Positions 45,201 to 55,109 of a stretch of 64,000 bases of DNA are shown here, piece after piece. Origin of the DNA: a virus. The first letter of the stretch is position 1, and the number at the start of each line of letters is the position of its first letter. Both the position numbers and the translations under genes were made by a program. The stretch lies in the IMG/VR virus record IMGVR_UViG_3300043410_001242; one strand, written 5' to 3'. The notes under the pieces were generated by a model, which had not been told where the DNA came from, searched no databases, and saw nothing but the letters and a program-made list of their open reading frames with translations.

Positions 45201-46238
45201 ATGGCTACAGAAAATACAAATTCACATATTGATGACCGTTGGGATGCATTCACTACAGAGCCTGTTCCTGATTTTGATGGTGATTATTGCCACACACATC
45301 AGACGGAATGTGGTCACATAAAAATGATGAGTGATACTCCAGACCAAGAGTTCATTCTAACACAACATGCTGATGGTTCTTACAGAATGTATCTACCGGG
45401 TGGAAAGATACAAGAAAAGGTCGAAGGTGATTTTGTACAATTAGTGGTAAAGAATAATAAAATTTGGATAAAAGGTAGTTCATTAATACATGTAGATGGT
45501 CATGCAAACATTAACGTGGGTAAAAACGCATATGTTGGTGTCGATGGTGATTTGGACGTGTATGCAGAAGGAAATGCAAGATTCACAAGCAAAAAGACAT
45601 TGACACTACAAGGTGAAAGTATCAACATTGTGGGTAAGAATGAGATATCTTCGTCAACTAAAGAGTACACTTTCCCCAACACCACAATTCGTGGTGATCT
45701 TCATGTAAATGGTACCATACATGCTTTAGGTGAGGTGTATACAACTTCATCTATGTTCTCACAGTTAGGTTATTTAACACCAGGTTCTTTGGTTGTTGGT
45801 CCATTAGCATATGCAATGGAAAAACATATGATGATACTCAACTTTGTGACAATAACCGCGGTTGGTATAAACCCCATGTTGCCTTTCAGTGTAATGGTAT
45901 CAGCAACAGGACCCACTTTCATCGAATCAATGAGTTACATGAACATCAGTGTTCTTGGTGCATTAAGTATTGATGCTGGTGGTATAATCGACATATTGGC
46001 TGGAGGTGCCACTACCATTGAATCTGGTGGTGCTGCAACCATTGATGCTGGTGGTGCTGTTGAAATTGCCGCAGGTGGTCTTATTGACATTGCGGCTGGT
46101 GGTGCTGTAGGCATTCAAGGTTCATTTGTATCCATTGAACCAGACCTTTCTGTTGGATGGTTACTTTCTATTCTTGGTCACATTCACGGAAACGGAAATA
46201 TGGGTACTCCGACAACTCCGCCTATTCCGGGAACCTAA
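45201..46238 (+). CDS. gp5 C-terminal beta-helix/spike protein
   Basis: H...TECGH....DTP; VxG repeats; IDAGG repeats; terminal H.H (GHIHG) metal-tip motif. Confidence 0.75.
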   Translation: MATENTNSHIDDRWDAFTTEPVPDFDGDYCHTHQTECGHIKMMSDTPDQEFILTQHADGSYRMYLPGGKIQEKVEGDFVQLVVKNNKIWIKGSSLIHVDGHANINVGKNAYVGVDGDLDVYAEGNARFTSKKTLTLQGESINIVGKNEISSSTKEYTFPNTTIRGDLHVNGTIHALGEVYTTSSMFSQLGYLTPGSLVVGPLAYAMEKHMMILNFVTITAVGINPMLPFSVMVSATGPTFIESMSYMNISVLGALSIDAGGIIDILAGGATTIESGGAATIDAGGAVEIAAGGLIDIAAGGAVGIQGSFVSIEPDLSVGWLLSILGHIHGNGNMGTPTTPPIPGT

Positions 46239-46256
46239 ACGTAACATAAATAAAAG

Positions 46257-46652
46257 ATGGCAACAACACTACAAAAATTATATTCGGATATAGACCTTAG
46301 GTTTATTCCACAGCCAGGAACAAAAGACATAGCTTTAAGTTATGATGAACAGGCTGTCATAAGGTCTATAAAAAATCTTTTATTAACAAAACCATATGAA
46401 AGGTTGTTTCAGCCCACACTGGGGTCAAACATTGACAACTTACTTTTTGAACCAGTTACTCCACTAACTGCAAGTTTGTTGAGAGATGAAATAACAAGAA
46501 CCATAAACAACTTTGAACCTAGAGCCACAATCGCAAGTATTGATATTGTTGATTATGCTGAACAAAATGGTTACAAAGTCTCTCTGTTTTTCTATATCTT
46601 GAATAGAACAGAACCAACGGGTGTTAGTTTGGTATTAAAACGTTCACGATAA
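46257..46652 (+). CDS. Baseplate wedge protein, T4 gp25-like
   Basis: YSDIDL.F...AV.RSIKNL.LT...ER.F.P..GS....LFE...FEPR. Confidence 0.95.
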   Translation: MATTLQKLYSDIDLRFIPQPGTKDIALSYDEQAVIRSIKNLLLTKPYERLFQPTLGSNIDNLLFEPVTPLTASLLRDEITRTINNFEPRATIASIDIVDYAEQNGYKVSLFFYILNRTEPTGVSLVLKRSR

Positions 46653-46702
46653 TACCCAGGCATCATAATAAATATAAAAAAATAAACAAAAAGGTTCAAT
46701 AA

Positions 46703-48790
46703 ATGGCCGGAGCTAATTCACAAACATCCCTTGTCGGGTTAGATTTTGATACAATAAAATCAAATCTAAAAACATTCTTGAAATCTCAGGACACCTTTAA
46801 GGATTATAATTTTGAAGGTTCTGGCCTATCAGTATTGCTTGATGTACTAGCATATAATACACAATACAATTCATTCTATCTTAATATGGTAGCAAATGAA
46901 ATGTTTTTGGATACTGCACTACAGAGATCTTCTGTGGTATCTCATGCTAAATTATTGAATTATACACCAAGATCATCAACATCACCATCTGCTTTTGTTG
47001 ATGTTATAGTCAACAATGTTACATCAGGAAGTTTAACTCTTCCTGCATATACCAATTTTATGTCAGAGTCTATTGATGGTGTAAATTATAATTTTGTTAC
47101 AGCAAACAGTATAACCATTAATGCTAATACCACAAGCAACACGGTTACATTCACTAACGTAGAATTAAAACAGGGTATTCCTTCTACATTCTCTTATGTT
47201 GTAAACTCAACCAGCAACCCTAATTATATTTTTGAAATACCAGACAACAATGTAGATACAAATACAATACGTGTTACTGTAGGTGAATCATCTTCAAACA
47301 CTTATTATGAAACATATGTAAAGTCCTCTTCTTTCTTGTCTCTAAATTCAGACAGTAAGATATACTTTATACAAGAAGCTATAAATGGAAACTATGAGAT
47401 ATATTTTGGAAATGGAGTTCTTGGTAAGAAACTCAAAGACGGGAACATAGTAAGTATATCATATATTACAACACAAGGCAATATGTCCTCAGGAGCAAAT
47501 AACTTTGTACTGATGGATAATATCAGTGGTTTTTCTTCCGTTACGGTAAATGGAAAAATTGCCGCATATCAAGGTTCAGAGAAAGAATCAATTGATTCAA
47601 TTAAGTTGCAGGCACCAAAGTCTTTCGCAGCACAGAATCGTGGAGTCACCAAGAACGACTACATCACGCTGTTGCAACAAAACAGTGTTGGTGTAACCTT
47701 CGATGCGGTTAACGTCTGGGGTGGTGAGGAGAACGATCCTCCTGTCTATGGTCAGGTGTTCGTATGTTTCAAACCATCAGGCGCATACACACTGACAGAA
47801 ACACAGAAGCAGAAACTAATCAATGACGTTATCAAGCCAATCTCGGTTGTTACTGTTGAACCAAAGATCGTTGATCCTGATTACACATTCATTAAAATAA
47901 ATGCAAATGTTGTATACGATCCGTCTAAAACCAATCTGTTGCCTAGTCAAATAGAAGAACTTGTAAAGGAAACTATTACAAATTTCGGTTCTTTCACGTT
48001 GAATAGTTTCAATTCAACCTTCATGTCAAGTGAATTGACAACCGAAATAAAACTATCACACCCATCCATTGTGACAAGTGAGTTGTCTATACAATTGCAG
48101 AAGAAATTCTATCCCAATCTGACAACACCAACAACATATAACTTCTATTTTGGTACAGAGTTGGATAGAGGTATGTTCCAGAGTTCGATTGGAAGTTATC
48201 CATCAGCTCAATTCAGAGATCCATTAAACTTTAACACAATCGTTAATGGTGTATACATTGAAGAATTACCTTCATCTACTGGTGGTGTCGAATCAATATC
48301 AATTCTGAACCCAGGGTTTGGTTATCAATATCCACCAACAGTGACAATTTTGGGTGACGGTCAAGGTGCAACGGCGAATGCTGTTATCAATACAAGTGGA
48401 CAGATTAGAAGAATTGACGTTACAAATTCAGGCAATAACTATACAAGTGCTATACTGTCGATAACACCTTCAACATATGACACCACAGGAAGAAATGCAG
48501 CTGGTGTTGTTAATCTGGAAGGAAGATACGGTACACTCAGAAGTTTCTATAACAACTCTCGTTTTGTGAAAACTGTATTCAAGAATAATGTTGGAACAAT
48601 AGATTACAATCAAGGTATTATCACTCTCAATTCTTTTGATCCAATACAGATTGATAATCCATTGGGTCAATTAACATTATCAGTTAAACCTAAATCAACC
48701 ATATTATCCTCTTCATATAATAGAATACTATCTTTAGATCCTTTCGATCCAAATGCAATAACTGTTAATATCATTGCTAAGACTCAATAA
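46703..48790 (+). CDS. Baseplate wedge subunit, T4 gp6-like
   Basis: LDFD.IK.NLK.FL..Q..F.DY.FEGSGL..LLD.LAYNT; QNR.VT..DY; WGGE.N.PP.YG.V. Confidence 0.95.
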   Translation: MAGANSQTSLVGLDFDTIKSNLKTFLKSQDTFKDYNFEGSGLSVLLDVLAYNTQYNSFYLNMVANEMFLDTALQRSSVVSHAKLLNYTPRSSTSPSAFVDVIVNNVTSGSLTLPAYTNFMSESIDGVNYNFVTANSITINANTTSNTVTFTNVELKQGIPSTFSYVVNSTSNPNYIFEIPDNNVDTNTIRVTVGESSSNTYYETYVKSSSFLSLNSDSKIYFIQEAINGNYEIYFGNGVLGKKLKDGNIVSISYITTQGNMSSGANNFVLMDNISGFSSVTVNGKIAAYQGSEKESIDSIKLQAPKSFAAQNRGVTKNDYITLLQQNSVGVTFDAVNVWGGEENDPPVYGQVFVCFKPSGAYTLTETQKQKLINDVIKPISVVTVEPKIVDPDYTFIKINANVVYDPSKTNLLPSQIEELVKETITNFGSFTLNSFNSTFMSSELTTEIKLSHPSIVTSELSIQLQKKFYPNLTTPTTYNFYFGTELDRGMFQSSIGSYPSAQFRDPLNFNTIVNGVYIEELPSSTGGVESISILNPGFGYQYPPTVTILGDGQGATANAVINTSGQIRRIDVTNSGNNYTSAILSITPSTYDTTGRNAAGVVNLEGRYGTLRSFYNNSRFVKTVFKNNVGTIDYNQGIITLNSFDPIQIDNPLGQLTLSVKPKSTILSSSYNRILSLDPFDPNAITVNIIAKTQ

Positions 48791-51700
48791 TGGATATTGT
48801 AAAAACTTCACTCTTAGTACCTTCACAGTTACCTGAGTTTATCAGGGACGATGAAAATTATTCCAATTTTGAACTGTTCCTCAAATCATATTATGAGTGG
48901 ATGGAACAGGCCAATAATGTTCTGGGGTACTCAAAGAATTTATTATCTTATCAAGATATTGATGAATCATCAAACACATTTTTAAATTACTATGTTGGTG
49001 ATTTTCTTCAGTACTTTCCTAAAGACTCTCTGATTTCACAAGAAACTGCATTAAAGGCTGGGAGAGAATTATACCAATCAAAAGGAACTCCAGCAGCATA
49101 TCAATTCTTGTTTAAGGTCCTTTTTGATTCTGAGTTTGATATATTCTATACCAAAGAAGCTGTACTGAAAGCATCAGCAGGAAATTGGTATGTTGCTAAG
49201 AGTCTAAAGTTATCAACAAATGACTATCGATTCTTAAACATAAACAATTATAGAATCTTTGGCGAGTCTTCAAAATCTATTGCTACCATTGAAAGTTCTG
49301 TTATTGTTGGTAACAAAATTGAAGTATTCATTTCCAACATCGAAAGATTGTTTGAGTCGGGTGAATTTGTTAGAGTTCTTGACAATAGAAATCAAGATGT
49401 AACAATAGACGGACAATTATTAAGAGCTAAGATCGTAGGCCAGGTAAGTCAGGTCAATATTGATCCTAAAAACAGAGGTTTACAATACGTTGTAGGTGAC
49501 CCTGTAATCGTCTATGGTGGTCTGAATGATGCGAATGGTGTTGGTGCTATAGCAAGAGTTAAAGAAACCACAACGGGTTCTATTGAAAGAATTAACGTAA
49601 TTAGTGGTGGGTTTGGTTACAGATTAAACCCAAACACAAAGATCAATATCACACCAACTAATGGTGCAGCGGCACATGTATTCTCTTATGATCCTGATCC
49701 TAAGAATACAGCTAACGTAAACTTTGCATGTAATAATAGTATAACTTTCTCAAGATATACCACCATAGGCAATACAGTATATTCTTTTTTTGATCTGAAA
49801 CCAGGCGCAAATGCAAACACAAGATTGGTTGATGCTCTAACCTTTGAATCATTCATAACATACCCAATATCATCAGTAAGATTGGATAATGGTGGTGGTG
49901 GATTTGCACAGACTCCACAAATTACAGCAACCTCTATATACAAAACCAATAATGATGCTGATATTGATATCAGTTCTTTGGGTATCCTTGGACCTATACA
50001 GATAATAAACCCAGGTTTAGGTTATGTTGCAAACGATAAGATTAGATTCTCGGGTGGTTATGGTTATGGTGCATACGGAAATGTAAAGACGGTCTCAGCA
50101 AACGGTCAGATATTGTCAGTAGAATATATTCAATCTACAGACGGAATATATCCACTGGGTGGAATGGGATATAAACTCAGTTCATTACCAACATTAAACG
50201 TGGAGTCTTCCAACGTTCTTGCATCAAATGCATCTCTTGTTGTCACCTCAATCTTAGGTGATGGTGCCGTGATGGTTCCAATCGTAAACAGAGTTGGTTC
50301 CATCAGCACAATAGAACTTGTTGAAAATGGCGAAGACTATTCAAGTACACCTAATGTATCATTGAAGGTTCAAGATATTGTTGTGTCGAATGTATTCATC
50401 TCCAATCTTCCTAAGAAAGATGATATCATATACCAGGGTGACAGTTTATCTCTGTCAACTTATCAAGCAACAGTTAACTCCATTTCTCTGTTGACACCAT
50501 ATTCTGATCCACAACAGTCACTTTATAATCTGAGAGTGTTTAATTACAACACCAATCCAGATACAAATAAAGAATTGAAGATTGATAGTAGAGGTATCGG
50601 CCTGGTTATGGCTAATACCAAATATAGTTCTGACTATAATACTTTTGGTGTAAGAAACTACGGTGACGGATCAGCAAAGGCAACAGCATCATTCTTGAAC
50701 GGTCTTGTTATCGGTCAAGGAACATACTTAAGTAAACGTGGCCACCTGAGTTCATTCAACGTACTACAGGATGAAAACTATAACAATTACACCTATCAGA
50801 TAACTGTTAAAAAGGAAATTGCAAAGTATAGAGAAGTATTACTGAATCTTCTGCACCCAGCAGGAACAAAAGTTATTGGTAGATACTCATCCAAATCAAA
50901 TTCAAGTTTCAATCTAGAAAGTTCAACAAGTTACTTTGATGGATTACCATTGAAGGCATACACAAATTATCCAGCATCGTCATTATCAATGACAGTGCCT
51001 ATCATTGACAGAACAAATATTCTATTGTACTCTGAACAAATTGATAATGCAGTTTGGACAAAAGAAGGATCTATCACAGTATCTGCAAACAGCAGCATCT
51101 CTCCTGATGGAAGAACTACAGCCGACTTGGTGACTTCTGGTTATAATGAAAGTGTATCTCAAACGATTAGTGTTGACAGTGGAAACACATACACTGTTTC
51201 TGTATACGTCAAAGCACCGGAATTTACCTTAACTGTTGCAACACTTGATCTACAATTCTCAGACACATCAAACGGTTCTATTGCTTATATTGATTCAAAT
51301 ACGCAATCAGGAAATGTAATAAGTACCTCTAATGTATTAAGTTCGGGTACGATTAGTTCTGGTGATGGATGGTATAGAATGTGGATGACTTATATACCCA
51401 CATCAAACACAATAACATTAAATACAAAATCATTAACTCTCGGAGTATCCGAATATAATGTTTGGGGATTCCAAGTAGAGAAATCTAATGTATTGACCAG
51501 TTATATTCCAACAACTGCAAATTCAGTAACATATGGACCTGATATTTGGCAAGTTGTCAAGAGTAATAACACAATTGTTTTCGATAATCTGGCTGGTGCA
51601 AATATTGCAAACATTGTTTTTGCAAATAACACAATAGTAGAAGCACAACCAACAAACGGACCTTACATAAGTTCTGTTGTGGACTCGGTTGACTATACCA

Positions 51701-52125
51701 CAAATACTGCTATATTGAAAACCAACACTTGGTTGTTCTTTGCAAATGTAGCAACAGTTAGTGGTAATGTAGGTTCAAACGTAATAAATATTAAAACAGT
51801 AACCAACTCATATAATATTATCAACAATGGTGTATACTCTAACCCATTGTATCCGGTAACTGATATTGTGTTTGTTGGAGATACAGTTGTTATAGCCAAT
51901 AACTCACAGAGAACTGTAAATCATGTAGATTATATTAACAACATGATTTACCTGGATTCAAATTTAACAAGCAATGTTTCTTCTTACCTATCAGTTAGAA
52001 GAACCTTAAACACAACAAACGTAAACATTTGGGGTCCTGTAGGAACAATTTACTATCCAGAATTGACTACAGAAGATGGCCGCAACCTAGTAACAGAAGA
52101 CGATAGAATTATTATCCTGGGGTAA
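48790..52125 (+). CDS. Baseplate wedge initiator, gp7-like
   Basis: QLPEFIR...FL.SYYEWME; Y.SKGT...FLF..LF; Y..Y.Y...LLHPAG. Confidence 0.8.
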   Translation: MDIVKTSLLVPSQLPEFIRDDENYSNFELFLKSYYEWMEQANNVLGYSKNLLSYQDIDESSNTFLNYYVGDFLQYFPKDSLISQETALKAGRELYQSKGTPAAYQFLFKVLFDSEFDIFYTKEAVLKASAGNWYVAKSLKLSTNDYRFLNINNYRIFGESSKSIATIESSVIVGNKIEVFISNIERLFESGEFVRVLDNRNQDVTIDGQLLRAKIVGQVSQVNIDPKNRGLQYVVGDPVIVYGGLNDANGVGAIARVKETTTGSIERINVISGGFGYRLNPNTKINITPTNGAAAHVFSYDPDPKNTANVNFACNNSITFSRYTTIGNTVYSFFDLKPGANANTRLVDALTFESFITYPISSVRLDNGGGGFAQTPQITATSIYKTNNDADIDISSLGILGPIQIINPGLGYVANDKIRFSGGYGYGAYGNVKTVSANGQILSVEYIQSTDGIYPLGGMGYKLSSLPTLNVESSNVLASNASLVVTSILGDGAVMVPIVNRVGSISTIELVENGEDYSSTPNVSLKVQDIVVSNVFISNLPKKDDIIYQGDSLSLSTYQATVNSISLLTPYSDPQQSLYNLRVFNYNTNPDTNKELKIDSRGIGLVMANTKYSSDYNTFGVRNYGDGSAKATASFLNGLVIGQGTYLSKRGHLSSFNVLQDENYNNYTYQITVKKEIAKYREVLLNLLHPAGTKVIGRYSSKSNSSFNLESSTSYFDGLPLKAYTNYPASSLSMTVPIIDRTNILLYSEQIDNAVWTKEGSITVSANSSISPDGRTTADLVTSGYNESVSQTISVDSGNTYTVSVYVKAPEFTLTVATLDLQFSDTSNGSIAYIDSNTQSGNVISTSNVLSSGTISSGDGWYRMWMTYIPTSNTITLNTKSLTLGVSEYNVWGFQVEKSNVLTSYIPTTANSVTYGPDIWQVVKSNNTIVFDNLAGANIANIVFANNTIVEAQPTNGPYISSVVDSVDYTTNTAILKTNTWLFFANVATVSGNVGSNVINIKTVTNSYNIINNGVYSNPLYPVTDIVFVGDTVVIANNSQRTVNHVDYINNMIYLDSNLTSNVSSYLSVRRTLNTTNVNIWGPVGTIYYPELTTEDGRNLVTEDDRIIILG

Positions 52126-52128
52126 TCA

Positions 52129-53727
52129 ATGTCAACAGTTAAAATTTCACAGTTATCAGAGATAACTCATTTAAACACAAACACAGCCAACACACTAATT
52201 GTTGGTGTTGACATTCCATCAGGTGTCACTGGTAAAATAACAGCCACAACACTAGCACATGGACTGTACTCACACAATCCATTAAATGTGGGAAATAATG
52301 AAATTCTATTTCCAGACACAGTAGGTCAATTTTCAGGTAATAGTTCAAATTACCTACAAGTTAATTTGCAAAACTTTGATGCAAACGGAACTGCTGACTA
52401 TATTGTTACTGCTGACTTGGGTAATGATGTAACAAGTTACATTGATATGGGTATAACCAATTCAGAATACTCAAATACAAATCCCTTTAACAGTCTAGGA
52501 ACAGCAATAGAACAGCTCAGTGGTTACCTTTATGTTAAAGGAAATACTGCGGGTGGAAACCTAGTTATTGGTGTTACTGATCCTAACAGAGAAATACGTT
52601 TTATTTCTGGTGGTATAGATAAAGAGAATGTAATATACACAATCTCAAACACTGGAATTATATTAAATAACAACAGCAATATCAAGTTTAAAGATTCATC
52701 ACAACAAGATACGGCTGCGGCACCAGCAAATTATACACAATCTGCATTTGACAAGGCAAACACAGTAAACACATATGCTTACTCAGCCAATACCTGGTTG
52801 CAAGCAAACACTGGTTCTGCCTTGGCCGCAGCAAAAGTATACACAGATACCGCAAACACTTATATTCAATCAAAATACCTTGCAAACAATTCAGGCGCTT
52901 TGTTCAATGGTGTATTAAACATTGGCGACAAACTAAATGTTAATGGTTCTGTGATTCTTGCAAATACTAATTTCTCTGCAACTCAAGCAGCATTCACCAT
53001 AGCAGCATGTCCTATTGGTGATATTCAAACACCATCAAATGATGGTTATATGATACATATATCTGGTAAACAGAATGTTGCATCTAGATTAGTTATCGAT
53101 TCATTTGGTGCAAACACTTATGGTCTACTTGCGGGAAGAACTGCAAGAGGTACTCCTACTGCACCACAAGCTGTTGCAAATAATGATATTCTATTAAGAA
53201 TGTCTGGTAATGGTTACGGTTCTACTCAGTTTGCACCACTAGGTATTGCAAGAATTGATATTGTCGCATCAGAAACTTATACTGATGCGACAAGGGGTTC
53301 TAGAATTGAGTTCTGGAACATTCCAAATGGTTCCAATACACTCAACAGAATAGCAACATTCAATGGTGAATCTGTAGAATTTACTGGTCATGTAGAGCCT
53401 AAGAAAGGTTTTGTATTAACACCAAATGTTATCTCTGGTTCTACAACAACTCTTAATATAGATATTGCAAACAACTCACTATATAAATGCAGTAGTACTG
53501 GTGGTTTGACCGTTAATTTAAGTGGGTTCCAGTTTGGTAAAGTTGTTGAATTGTGGTTTGTTAATACTGCTGGTTCAACACAGACGGTAACTCATGGTTG
53601 TTATTCTAATAACTCTACCATTAACTCAACATCATTCTCAATGCCTGCATCAAGTTCTGCATATCTAAGATACTTCAGTATTAATGGTGACTTAGCTAAC
53701 ACTTATGTATCAATTCAACACGCATAA
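52129..53727 (+). CDS. Virion structural/fibre protein
   Basis: VKISQL N-terminus; N/T/S-rich; SAFDKAN repeats. Confidence 0.65.
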   Translation: MSTVKISQLSEITHLNTNTANTLIVGVDIPSGVTGKITATTLAHGLYSHNPLNVGNNEILFPDTVGQFSGNSSNYLQVNLQNFDANGTADYIVTADLGNDVTSYIDMGITNSEYSNTNPFNSLGTAIEQLSGYLYVKGNTAGGNLVIGVTDPNREIRFISGGIDKENVIYTISNTGIILNNNSNIKFKDSSQQDTAAAPANYTQSAFDKANTVNTYAYSANTWLQANTGSALAAAKVYTDTANTYIQSKYLANNSGALFNGVLNIGDKLNVNGSVILANTNFSATQAAFTIAACPIGDIQTPSNDGYMIHISGKQNVASRLVIDSFGANTYGLLAGRTARGTPTAPQAVANNDILLRMSGNGYGSTQFAPLGIARIDIVASETYTDATRGSRIEFWNIPNGSNTLNRIATFNGESVEFTGHVEPKKGFVLTPNVISGSTTTLNIDIANNSLYKCSSTGGLTVNLSGFQFGKVVELWFVNTAGSTQTVTHGCYSNNSTINSTSFSMPASSSAYLRYFSINGDLANTYVSIQHA

Positions 53728-53735
53728 TAAAAACT

Positions 53736-55100
53736 ATGGCAAATAAACAACTCTTGACATACGGATCAAAATTATTTTCTGTAGAAAGTGTGTACTTCTC
53801 ACCGGTTGTTACCATTCCTCCAGAATATAAAATTATTTCATCTCTGTACTTTTTCCTATCAAAAGTACAACCATGGGATGATGATAATGATCCTGAAGCA
53901 CCAAGACAAGATCAAAAATATTTAAAACAAGTTGCAAAAAATATTTTTATTGTTAAGCACATCACATCAGGTGATATTTCTCCTGTAATCAAAAGAATAG
54001 ATTGGGAATCAGGATCAATTTATGATTATTATCGTGATGACATTGATATGTTTCAAGAAGACGAGAATGGTTATCCTGTATTGAGTTATTATGTCAGAAA
54101 CAGATACGATCAGATTTTTAAATGTCTTTGGAACAACAACAATTCTGCATCAACAGTAGAACCATACTTTGAACCAGGCACATATGGAACAAACAACATA
54201 TTCTCCGGTGCCGACAATTACAAGTGGAAATATATCTACACGATTGATACTGCACTTAAAAATAGGTTCATGGATACCACCTGGATTCCTGTTCCTGCTA
54301 CAAAAGGAACTGTTAATCCACTTGCATCTGCTGCAGGTTACGGTAATATTGATGTAATCAATGTGACAAATGGTGGTTCTGGGTACGATCCCGCAAATGC
54401 AATCATAACCGTAGCGGTCACTGGAGACGGTTTAGGTGCAACCGGTACTGCATATTCATCAAACGGATCTATAACCAAGATTGAAGTCAATACTACTGGT
54501 GCAAACTATACCTATGCAAACGTTTCGATAAGTTCTTCTAGAGGTACAGGTGCAGTAGCTATCGCGCCAGTATCACCTATCGGTGGCCACGGTTTTGAAA
54601 TTGAATCTGAATTAGGATGTTCCCATGTTATGATTACTTCACAATTCAATGGTTCAGAATCGGGGCAACTACCAACTGATATGAGTTTCCACCAGGTTGG
54701 AATAATAAACAGTCCGGTAACCATCAGTTCTCCAAATAGTATTGCAAATGGAGCAATATACAAAACAACAACAGACTTAATTGTTTCTTCCGGTTTCGGT
54801 CTCTATCAAAGTAATGAATATGTCTATCAGGGAAATAGTATAACAGACTACAGTTTTATTGGAAAAATTTTAAGTTTTGATCCAGCATCCAATGTTATTA
54901 AGTTAATAAATACACAAGGAACATTAATTATCAATGCTCCTGTTTTTGGTGAATCTTCCAAAACTACAAGAACATTGTTGTCATATAACACTCCCGAATT
55001 TGTAACATTGTCTGGAAACATTTTCTATCTAGAAAATAGATCCGCAGTTCAAAGAAGTAGTGATGGCATAGAACAATTTAAAGTCGTACTAAGATACTAA
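53736..55100 (+). CDS. Baseplate wedge subunit, T4 gp8-like
   Basis: R.DW.SG..YD.Y; FKCL.NN; D.Y.WKY.YTI; P.GGHG; SG.I.Y.ENR...R. Confidence 0.9.
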   Translation: MANKQLLTYGSKLFSVESVYFSPVVTIPPEYKIISSLYFFLSKVQPWDDDNDPEAPRQDQKYLKQVAKNIFIVKHITSGDISPVIKRIDWESGSIYDYYRDDIDMFQEDENGYPVLSYYVRNRYDQIFKCLWNNNNSASTVEPYFEPGTYGTNNIFSGADNYKWKYIYTIDTALKNRFMDTTWIPVPATKGTVNPLASAAGYGNIDVINVTNGGSGYDPANAIITVAVTGDGLGATGTAYSSNGSITKIEVNTTGANYTYANVSISSSRGTGAVAIAPVSPIGGHGFEIESELGCSHVMITSQFNGSESGQLPTDMSFHQVGIINSPVTISSPNSIANGAIYKTTTDLIVSSGFGLYQSNEYVYQGNSITDYSFIGKILSFDPASNVIKLINTQGTLIINAPVFGESSKTTRTLLSYNTPEFVTLSGNIFYLENRSAVQRSSDGIEQFKVVLRY

Positions 55101-55109
55101 GGTAAAGAA

